From IMG/VR virus record IMGVR_UViG_3300025354_000006, positions 1 through 36,175 of that record: a stretch of 36,175 bases of DNA. The stretch is one strand, 5' to 3'. Source of the DNA: a virus (lineage: Duplodnaviria > Caudoviricetes). The stretch's first letter is position 1. Each line of letters starts with the position of its first letter. Below are positions 15,917 through 23,006 of the stretch, in pieces. The translations under genes and the position numbers were made by a program. The notes below the pieces were generated by a model, which saw nothing but the letters and a program-made list of their open reading frames with translations, was not told the DNA's origin and did no database searches.

Positions 15917-16207
15917 TCAGTCTTGGCTCATGCCCAAAACGCCAATTCCCTCGTCAAGCGCTGCGCCTCCTGAATGCTCGGGATAGGGACGGAGGATCAC
16001 GTTACGAGTGCGAGCTTCATAGGCCTTGAGGTATTCAATCCAAGACTCCTTCGTTCCATCCCCTTCGTTGAATTCCTCCCACTGCTCGGGAGTTAGGCGT
16101 TCGATGGCTTCCCTGTCGTATCCATTCACAGGGGTGATTGCGCCGTCAATGTTTATGTAGCGTACAAACACCGCTGTCCCCTTCCTCAGGGTCGGTCCCG
16201 CAGTCAT
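15917..16207 (-). CDS. Hypothetical protein (likely start at internal Met, MTAGPTLRKG)
   Basis: Track ORF 15917..16285; start adjusted to avoid overlap with upstream ORF. Confidence 0.6.
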   Translation of the reverse strand: MTAGPTLRKGTAVFVRYINIDGAITPVNGYDREAIERLTPEQWEEFNEGDGTKESWIEYLKAYEARTRNVILRPYPEHSGGAALDEGIGVLGMSQD

Positions 16208-16811
16208 TCTACCCCAGGGGCTTACTCCCCCTCGAACTTCATGGTGGCCTCTACGAACTGGCAGTACGAACCGATCCCGGTCCATTCCTCGACCAGTCCC
16301 GAAGGCTTGCGGTAGACCCGGACAGTCTCGTCTCGGTCATTCCAGAGGTAGCGGTGGTCTGGCCCGTTGATGCTGATCTTCACAGCCTCTCCTCCAGCAT
16401 TGCAATCAGGTCATTGGTGCTGTCGTAGATGAGGTTGGCTTCCCGGGCACCCTTGAGGTCGTCAAGAAGGTTCCTGGCCTCCTCATTGGTCAGTGTGATG
16501 ATGATGTTCTCGGACTCAACCTTCATTGGTTCTCCTAGTGCTTAGTGACTTGATAGGTACGGGTGACTAAGAAGTCAACTACCCGACCATCGGACCCCAG
16601 AGCCCGAATCGCTGCTCTGGACTCATCCAGGGTCAGACTGGAGGCCTCGAAGACCTCTCCTGAGTAGCCGGCCTGGAAGCGGTCACCTGGTTGCAATAGC
16701 GCTGCAATCATCTACTCCCCCTTGCCTTGGCCTCATCAGCATCGGATTCACCGATGGACACCCGGACAGCCAGGTCCAACCTACGGTTGAGGCAGTCCAG
16801 GTGTTTCGGCC

Positions 16812-17582
16812 TTAGCGAATGCAGACCTTCAACTGGTCTGGACTCAGGTCTACACCCCTGAGGTCTGCACCCCAGAGGCTTGCATTCCTGAGGTCTGCAT
16901 TCCCGAGGTCTGCATTCCCGAGATTTGCATTCCTGAGGTCTGCATTCCTGAGGTCTGCATTCCCGAGGTCTGCATTCCCGAGGCCTGCACCCCAGAGGTC
17001 TGCATTCCTGAGGTTTGCATTCCTGAGATTTGCATTCCCGAGGCCTGCACCCCTGAGGTCTGCATTCCTGAGGTTTGCATTCCTGAGGTTTGCACCCCTG
17101 AGATTTGCATTCCTGAGGTCTGCACCCCTGAGATTTGCATTCCTGAGGTCTGCACCCCAGAGGTCTGCACCCCTGAGGTCTGCGCGTTCTCCATACTTGC
17201 TGATGAGGGGAACCCCATCAACAATGTCTACCACAAAGGCCCTCCTGACGCGGACCTTGTTATGGTCCTCCCCCAGAACATCATCTGGGAGGTAGCCGGT
17301 CAGGAGTAGGGTAGAGGCAGGAATCCCTCCTGATGCCATACCTTCCCAGTTCTTGGCTACGCAGATCCCGTCACCTGCAGTCAGCGGGCATGGTCCCTTG
17401 TGGCCTTCGAATGGCCCAGAAGCCTCATTCCACCCCCAGCGCCACCGGTACCCTCTCGAACTACGCAGGTCTGGATGAACCGTCCGGACTCCCCAGATTA
17501 ATCCCTCAGGAGTCTCCTGGTCGTGAAGCTTCTGGTCTGAAGCTTGGTACTGGTCAAGCATGATCTTGATCAGCTTGTGCAT
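16812..17582 (-). CDS. Pentapeptide-repeat protein with globular N-terminal domain
   Basis: About 22 A(D/N/G)L(R/W/G)(N/G) repeats; 15-bp DNA periodicity at ~16850-17182. Confidence 0.93.
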   Translation of the reverse strand: MHKLIKIMLDQYQASDQKLHDQETPEGLIWGVRTVHPDLRSSRGYRWRWGWNEASGPFEGHKGPCPLTAGDGICVAKNWEGMASGGIPASTLLLTGYLPDDVLGEDHNKVRVRRAFVVDIVDGVPLISKYGERADLRGADLWGADLRNANLRGADLRNANLRGANLRNANLRNADLRGAGLGNANLRNANLRNADLWGAGLGNADLGNADLRNADLRNANLGNADLGNADLRNASLWGADLRGVDLSPDQLKVCIR

Positions 17583-17614
17583 CTCCCCCCCCCCAACTGT
17601 TGTTCTTGGTTGAC

Positions 17615-17788
17615 CTAATTGGTCAGGCTGCGGACGTCATGGACTTCAACCCAGTAGATAGCGTCAAGGGGTGCCCTACCCTCGTTCAGTGTGTCCCTGA
17701 GCCCATAGGCTTCGTCCTCACTGCCTAAGACCTCTTCAATCCAGGAACTGCCACCATCGTTGATACCCAACACGATGTAGACCTTCAC
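17615..17788 (-). CDS. 57-aa hypothetical protein
   Basis: GGGAAAGGGGG RBS before GTG 17788. Confidence 0.7.
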   Translation of the reverse strand: MKVYIVLGINDGGSSWIEEVLGSEDEAYGLRDTLNEGRAPLDAIYWVEVHDVRSLTN

Positions 17789-17835
17789 TTGCCCCCCTTT
17801 CCCTTGACAGCCAAAGGCTGTGGTTGATACCCAGT

Positions 17836-17880
17836 AGGTAGGAGGGGAGTCGAACCCCTCAGAACCTGCCAAGGCTACCC
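17836..17880 (-). ncRNA. tRNA-minihelix-like element E4
   Basis: GGGTAG...GAGGGG-TTCGACT-CCCCTC-CTACCT. Confidence 0.65.
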
Positions 17881-17891
17881 GGTCATGCTTG

Positions 17892-18083
17892 CTACTCGTG
17901 CTCCCAGCCGCCTACAGTGTTGCCGTTGATGTCCTTGAGCCTGCCAGTCTCCCCAGGCAGTAGGGACCCTTCCCGGAGTTCGGATGCCAGCTTCTCCAGG
18001 ATGCGGGCAACCTCACCCCCAGCCTCAGTGGGGTTCTCCCCAAAGGCCTCGTTGTCAGTCTCGATGACCAGACGGAATTCCAC
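17892..18083 (-). CDS. 63-aa phage hypothetical protein
   Basis: IETDNEAF...EVARIL...LKDINGNTVG; GAGGAG RBS before GTG. Confidence 0.75.
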   Translation of the reverse strand: MEFRLVIETDNEAFGENPTEAGGEVARILEKLASELREGSLLPGETGRLKDINGNTVGGWEHE

Positions 18084-18087
18084 TTGC

Positions 18088-18195
18088 CTACTCCTCGCAG
18101 TCGTGACCGTAGTACCATTCTTCGGCATCGTCTTCGTCCAAGAGGTCAAAGACCCTTTCGCACTCCTGGCACTTGGCCTTAGCACGCATGCGCAT
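18088..18195 (-). CDS. 35-aa Zn-binding peptide
   Basis: CQEC...GHDC; GGGGAAAGGG RBS. Confidence 0.7.
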   Translation of the reverse strand: MRMRAKAKCQECERVFDLLDEDDAEEWYYGHDCEE

Positions 18196-18218
18196 TGTTT
18201 CCCTTTCCCCTGTTGTTG

Positions 18219-18440
18219 CTAGCCGATCAGGATTCTGCACTTGGCGCAGGACTTCCCCTCGGAGGATTCGATGTCCAGACAGTGAGACTGAATGACCTCC
18301 ATGAAGTCACTGGTGAGCCTGTAGCCCATGAGTTCAAGGGCACAGTCACTACAGTAGGTGTCCGTGGTGACTGTTGACTTACCCTGGACAAAGGTGGTTC
18401 GGGAGTCCTGACGGTCAGAAGCCAGGCACCATTCATGATG
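18219..18440 (-). CDS. CxxC-containing ORF with uncertain or frameshifted start
   Basis: YCSDC...CAKC frame is out of frame with the RBS-linked ATG at 18436. Confidence 0.45.
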   Translation of the reverse strand, partial: HHEWCLASDRQDSRTTFVQGKSTVTTDTYCSDCALELMGYRLTSDFMEVIQSHCLDIESSEGKSCAKCRILIG

Positions 18441-18463
18441 TTCCCTTCCCCTAGTGGACCAGT

Positions 18464-18503
18464 GGGTGCCCAGGACTTGCACCTGGGGGTATGCTTTTCA
18501 CCC
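18464..18503 (-). ncRNA. tRNA-minihelix-like element E3
   Basis: GGGTG...CCCAGG-TGCAAGT-CCTGGG-CACCC. Confidence 0.65.
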
Positions 18504-18511
18504 GGTGTTGC

Positions 18512-18775
18512 TTAGCCGTAGACCATTTCAGCCACAGCCTGCGAGTCTTCCCGATCGTAGGTGCCCTCCAGGATGGTTGACTCAAGGTCAAGAAAGACCT
18601 CATAGCCCCTCAGGCTGGTGAGACGGTAGCCCGTAACAACCCCGCCAGTCCCGGTAGTGAACTCCCGGATGAAGCCACCGTGATCCTGCCCAGCGATGTC
18701 CTGGACCACAACGATCCTGTCAGCCTCCATGGCATTACGGAGGTCCGAGAACGTGTAAAGCGTGGACAATTGCAT
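18512..18775 (-). CDS. Hypothetical protein
   Basis: GGGGAAAGGA RBS. Confidence 0.75.
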   Translation of the reverse strand: MQLSTLYTFSDLRNAMEADRIVVVQDIAGQDHGGFIREFTTGTGGVVTGYRLTSLRGYEVFLDLESTILEGTYDREDSQAVAEMVYG

Positions 18776-18804
18776 CTACATTTCCTTTCCCCTAGTTGGT
18801 TCGT

Positions 18805-18865
18805 GGGAGCCTAGGAATCGAACCTAGGGATGATCCGGCCAACCAATGATTGGCTACCTTCTCCC
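18805..18865 (-). ncRNA. tRNA-minihelix-like element E2
   Basis: GGGAG...(internal hairpin)...CCTAGG-TTCGATT-CCTAGG-CTCCC. Confidence 0.7.
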
Positions 18866-18873
18866 GGCGTTAC

Positions 18874-19041
18874 TTAACCATCTGCCCAGTCGGCAGGCAT
18901 GAACCCACCTGATGACATCCACTTGTCTAGTGATCCAACCAGGATCACCAACTGCTCAACCTGGTCGGCAGTCAGACTACCGGAGTTGGTGTACTGGTTG
19001 ATGAGTTCACGGATACTGGCTAAGGTCTGATCCGGGTCCAT
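18874..19041 (-). CDS. 55-aa phage hypothetical protein
   Basis: MDPDQTL...LDKWMSSGGFMPADW; AGGAG RBS. Confidence 0.7.
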   Translation of the reverse strand: MDPDQTLASIRELINQYTNSGSLTADQVEQLVILVGSLDKWMSSGGFMPADWADG

Positions 19042-19046
19042 GATTT

Positions 19047-19316
19047 CTACTCCTGGTACTCTGGGTAGTCAGACTCGATCGAGTCCATGAGGCCAAACAT
19101 CTCGGAGTGTGAACCCTGACCGTACAGACTCACGAACCCTTGGCTGTCCTCATGGGCAATGCATGCCTCACCATCACCCAGAGGGATTAGGCCGTACCAA
19201 CCCTCTGGGTACTGGACGCTGCCTGCCTCAATGACGAAGGTGGTACCCTCGTAGGCCTCCCTGAACCACTCAGGCTGGCCCTCGAACTTGCCAGGTCCGC
19301 AAGGTGCGTCGCTCAT
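19047..19316 (-). CDS. Acidic hypothetical protein
   Basis: GPGKFEG...EDSQGFV; strong RBS. Confidence 0.8.
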   Translation of the reverse strand: MSDAPCGPGKFEGQPEWFREAYEGTTFVIEAGSVQYPEGWYGLIPLGDGEACIAHEDSQGFVSLYGQGSHSEMFGLMDSIESDYPEYQE

Positions 19317-19345
19317 GGTGTTTCCCTTTCCCCTAGTTGGTTCGT

Positions 19346-19384
19346 GGGAGCCTAGGAATCGAACCTAGGAAGAACCATTCTCCC
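19346..19384 (-). ncRNA. tRNA-minihelix-like element E1
   Basis: GGGAG...CCTAGG-TTCGATT-CCTAGG-CTCCC; about 45 bp shared with E2. Confidence 0.7.
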
Positions 19385-19395
19385 GGTGTTGCTAG

Positions 19396-19617
19396 CTAGC
19401 TACCAAGCGGGACAACCTTCACTTGAACCCACTCGGTGGTGAATACTGGGAGTCGCCTGCTTCCGGACCCATCCAGGGCCTCACCCAGGAAGGCCAATGC
19501 ATTCTGACCCTCCATGCCGTGAATCTCCTCAACCACGAACTCCTCATCACCCGAGAACGCATCCCGGATGACATCTCCCACACGGACCATGGTGGCGGGA
19601 AGTCTCGTGAATTGCAT
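19396..19617 (-). CDS. Hypothetical protein, first gene of early operon (SH3-like)
   Basis: GGGAAAGGA RBS; ATMVRVGDVI motif. Confidence 0.75.
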   Translation of the reverse strand: MQFTRLPATMVRVGDVIRDAFSGDEEFVVEEIHGMEGQNALAFLGEALDGSGSRRLPVFTTEWVQVKVVPLGS

Positions 19618-19804
19618 TGCATTTCCTTTCCCTAGTGACCATCCCTGGCCACCCTAACCACCCAAGACTCGGACAGCTAGATTGGTGGACAGGAGAGTAA
19701 CTAGGGGGGAAAGAACCACTATGAAGTTGCCAAGGTCCAAGGCTCAGAGATGGTCCGCCTAGAGGTAAGACCCCCGGTTCAGACCGTCGAACCGAACTGA
19801 CAAC

Positions 19805-19833
19805 AACTTACCCGGTGATGTTGGTGTTGGCAA
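19805..19833 (-). promoter_or_regulatory. SigA-type promoter for leftward early operon
   Basis: TTGCCA-N17-TAAGTT. Confidence 0.7.
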
Positions 19834-19997
19834 GTGGATTGGCTGACCATTTGGTCAATAGCCCCTAGGGACTAGTTAGGGTGCTGCCCCCCCCAGGGGC
19901 TACTGGGTCCCGGGGGCCGGCCCATAGTCCAGAAGCATGTAGGGTACACTCAATCCCCTGCCTCCCCTGGCATCCCTCCCCCAGAGGCTCCCGGAGA

Positions 19998-20025
19998 CGC
20001 CCCGATAATCGACCTTATGTCAACC
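19998..20025 (+). other. dif: dif-like XerC/XerD recombination site
   Basis: CGCCCCGATAA-TCGACC-TTATGTCAACC: 11-6-11 layout with ATAA-N6-TTATGT core. Confidence 0.8.
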
Positions 20026-20356
20026 AGCCGCTCACATATCACCCAAAGGGGAAAAGATGACCCGGGGTCTGCCGAGGCCCCCGGCACCTCCGGAGGAGGT
20101 ATCCCCTCCCTCTATACTTTCCATTATCACTAAGAATCCCCTGGTCTATCTGGGTATGGGACTCTTTGACCGAGGGTCTGACTCAGTGATATCTGGCTTA
20201 TCCGGGTGCCTCTAGTATAACTGTTACTTCTGGTAACACCCAGTATCTCCACCGGGTGAGACTCTGGGTTCCTGGTTGTTACTAGACAGTAACTTAGGGA
20301 CTCCAGTGACATCTTCTAAGAAGATTCCACAAGGACCAACAAGCACTACTATGTCC

Positions 20357-20482
20357 CTGGGGTCTGGAGTCTGGGGGGTCTAAGGGGGGATTCTAGGGGT
20401 CTGAGGTCTGAGGGGTTAGCCGGCATCCGGGGGTCTGGAGACTCTGGGGGTTAGCGTTCCCAGGGGCTTTTGGGGTCTGGGC
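20357..20482 (+). repeat. G-rich GGGGTCT / GGGGTTAGC short-repeat cluster
   Basis: At least five GGGGTCT and two GGGGTTAGC copies. Confidence 0.75.
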
Positions 20483-20612
20483 CTCCCTGCTTTCGCAGTG
20501 AACACACTAATCCCATCAACCTCAACCCTTCGGGTCTAAGGGTCAGCATACCACCCGCTATCCGGGGGTTCCGATCTCCCCCTTGCGCCAGAGCCTACCT
20601 GGACAATAAGGA

Positions 20613-20635
20613 CTGTAACCCCTCTAACGGGCATT
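20613..20635. repeat. 23-bp exact repeat, copy 2
   Basis: Identical to 5276-5298. Confidence 0.9.
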
Positions 20636-20927
20636 TGAGCGGGTACCTAAGACCTTAGGTCTTTACTTCCGCCCCCCAGTCACACTGAGGCTGATGAGGA
20701 CTCCCGGGTCCAGTCCTAGAAGCTGGGCTCTAAGTCTTAGTCTGAGGACCAGACTGTGAGTCGTAGTCCGTGGAAGCCAGACCCGGGATGTTCCTGACCC
20801 TCTTCTACCAGACCTTTCAGAGCCCATGCTGGATTCTGCTGTAAAAGTCAGCAAAAGAATCCAGAAAGTTTCCGGGGTCCCTATCTTACCTCTCCAGGCT
20901 ACCTAGACCCCGGAGAAGCCAGTGGGA

Positions 20928-21083
20928 ATGAGCAACCTCAGGTACAAGCGTAGGTGCAACTGTGGCAAGGCAATCCAGCCCCTGAAGACCAACTGGGAAT
21001 GCGACTCCTGCGGTAGGAAGTACCTGGCCCACTACCCTGAAGAAGACCTCTTTGATACCCCTGAAGGGGCTAAGAGTAGCTGA
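20928..21083 (+). CDS. 51-aa zinc-ribbon protein
   Basis: CNCG...WECDSCG; TGATG overlap with terminase. Confidence 0.6.
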   Translation: MSNLRYKRRCNCGKAIQPLKTNWECDSCGRKYLAHYPEEDLFDTPEGAKSS

Positions 21084-22936
21084 TGCCCTATCAGATCAAG
21101 GAGGCCACCTGGAGGAAGTTCGACAGGCTTATAGCCCAGGGGCACACCAAGAAGGAGGCCATGCGTAAGTGTGGTATCCGCTCCTACCAGACGATCCTCA
21201 ACCGTGAAAACGGCCTCAAGGACACCCCAGACAAGCGGGAGGAACGCAAGGAAGCCTGGGTTGAAGTCAACATCCCTGACCCTCTCAGGTATGAGGAGTT
21301 GTCAGAGACCGCCAAGCGTGGCTGGGATGACTTTCAGTTCTTTAGAGAGCACTACCTGGGCAGAACCACAGTCCCCTGGCAGTCGATGGCGGCTCAGGAG
21401 GTCATCAAATACCTTGGAACCGAGGACAAGGAGTACGTGGTTTGCAACATGCCTCCAGGCGGAGGTAAGACCACAACCTTCACACATGACATCGTCTGCT
21501 GGCTCATCGTCCGGGACCGAAGCATTAGAGTCCAGCTTGGACATCGAGTCCACGCATCTGCCAAACAATACTCTCGTCGCCTCAAGACCACCCTCGAAAG
21601 AACCGACCCCATGGTGGGTGCAAGAGGAGTGGTTTCTCAGGATTACGGACGCTTCAAACCGGTGGCCGCTGACCTATGGAGAGGCGATGAATTCATTGTA
21701 GAGCAGTACGACTCCCGAAAGACCATCGAGAAGGAACCCACCGTAGTGGCCCATGGTCAGGACTCCGGGTTCCTGGGTGGCCGCTTTGACTTCATCGTCT
21801 GGGATGACCTGGTCCACCGGAAGAACATGAAGATGGTGGAATCCAGAGAGCAGTGGCAGGAGTGGTGGACCCAGGAAGCAGAGTCTCGTCTGGAGCCCGG
21901 TGGGGCACTGTTCCTGATTGGCCAGAGGCTCGGTGCTGACGATGGCTATCGGTTCGCCCTGGACCTCAAGGATGTCCCTGACGATGAGGACGACGAGGAA
22001 GCCGAAGGAACCAGGAAGTACCACCACGTCATCTACAAGGCTCACTACGACGATAAGTGCGAAGGGGACCACAAGCGGTCTGCCAAGCCTTACCCTGAAG
22101 GCTGTTTGTTAGACCCGGTGAGGCTTCCCTGGCGAGAGTTGCGCCGGCAGAAGGCTAACAACCCCCGCATCTTCGAGGTCACTTACCAGCAAGAGGACAC
22201 CGACCCTGCCAACCAGCTTGTGACCCTCCTGGATATCCGGGGAGGCATTGACCCCAGGACTGGTGAGGAGCTACCAGGCTGTGAGGAAAGGGAAAGAAGG
22301 CTCCTACAGCTTCCTGACTACTTCTCCGGGCACCACCTGAGCATCGTCACCGTAGACCCCTCACCGACTAAGTGGTGGGCTATCCAGTGGTGGGTCTATC
22401 AGGTCAACACCGAGTACCGCATCCTGATGGACATCGAGAAGGCCCAGCTTCGTGCTGATGATTTCCTTGATTTAGTAGGCGATAGATACACCGGGCTCAT
22501 GGAGGACTGGGCCACCCGAGCCAAGAGCATGGGATTACCGATCCACTATCTGATCGTTGAGGCCAATGGTGCCCAACGCTTCATGCTTCAGACGCACTTT
22601 ATTAGGTCTTGGCTGGCCAGGAACAACATCAGCCTGATTCCGCATCAGACCAACATCAACAAGGCTGACCCGGAGTATGGGGTCCAGACCATCGCCAGGG
22701 CTTATAGGCAGGGACTCGTCAGGTTCCCCATGGACCTTCCTTCTTCCTCAAGGATGAAGTCCAACTACCTGATCAGCGAGCTTCTGAAGTGGCCTGAGGG
22801 TGCAACCGATGACCAGGTTATGGCCCACTGGTTCCTTGAGTATCACCTGCCCAACCTGAAGTTCGAGTTCGACACCCCCATCAGAAGCCGAAGACCCTCA
22901 TGGGCCGGCAAGCTTCCTGGTGAATTGACTGCATAA
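21083..22936 (+). CDS. terL: Terminase large subunit with N-terminal HTH-like extension
   Basis: Walker A MPPGGGKT, Walker B FIVWDD, YQQ linker, nuclease TVDP, VEAN and TDDQV motifs. Confidence 0.95.
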   Translation: MPYQIKEATWRKFDRLIAQGHTKKEAMRKCGIRSYQTILNRENGLKDTPDKREERKEAWVEVNIPDPLRYEELSETAKRGWDDFQFFREHYLGRTTVPWQSMAAQEVIKYLGTEDKEYVVCNMPPGGGKTTTFTHDIVCWLIVRDRSIRVQLGHRVHASAKQYSRRLKTTLERTDPMVGARGVVSQDYGRFKPVAADLWRGDEFIVEQYDSRKTIEKEPTVVAHGQDSGFLGGRFDFIVWDDLVHRKNMKMVESREQWQEWWTQEAESRLEPGGALFLIGQRLGADDGYRFALDLKDVPDDEDDEEAEGTRKYHHVIYKAHYDDKCEGDHKRSAKPYPEGCLLDPVRLPWRELRRQKANNPRIFEVTYQQEDTDPANQLVTLLDIRGGIDPRTGEELPGCEERERRLLQLPDYFSGHHLSIVTVDPSPTKWWAIQWWVYQVNTEYRILMDIEKAQLRADDFLDLVGDRYTGLMEDWATRAKSMGLPIHYLIVEANGAQRFMLQTHFIRSWLARNNISLIPHQTNINKADPEYGVQTIARAYRQGLVRFPMDLPSSSRMKSNYLISELLKWPEGATDDQVMAHWFLEYHLPNLKFEFDTPIRSRRPSWAGKLPGELTA

Positions 22937-23006
22937 ACCAACATCTGGTTTACCGATTATGGTACAGATACTCACCAAGGTTTAACTATAGACTCCAGAG
23001 GCCTCA

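Noticed and set aside
16536-16585. Promoter/operator at TGACT-N4-AGTCA palindrome
   Set aside because: A TTGACT -35 is present but no well-spaced -10; support is insufficient.
16850-17182. Regular repeat array as CRISPR, and track ORFs 16819..17295 and 16850..17224
   Set aside because: The 15-bp units have no spacers and encode pentapeptides; the other ORFs are alternate-frame artefacts.
20691-20725. CTGATGA followed by a GGACT/AGTCC stem, resembling a hammerhead ribozyme core
   Set aside because: The stem is followed by TAGAAG rather than the required GAAA, and no convincing stems I/III are visible.
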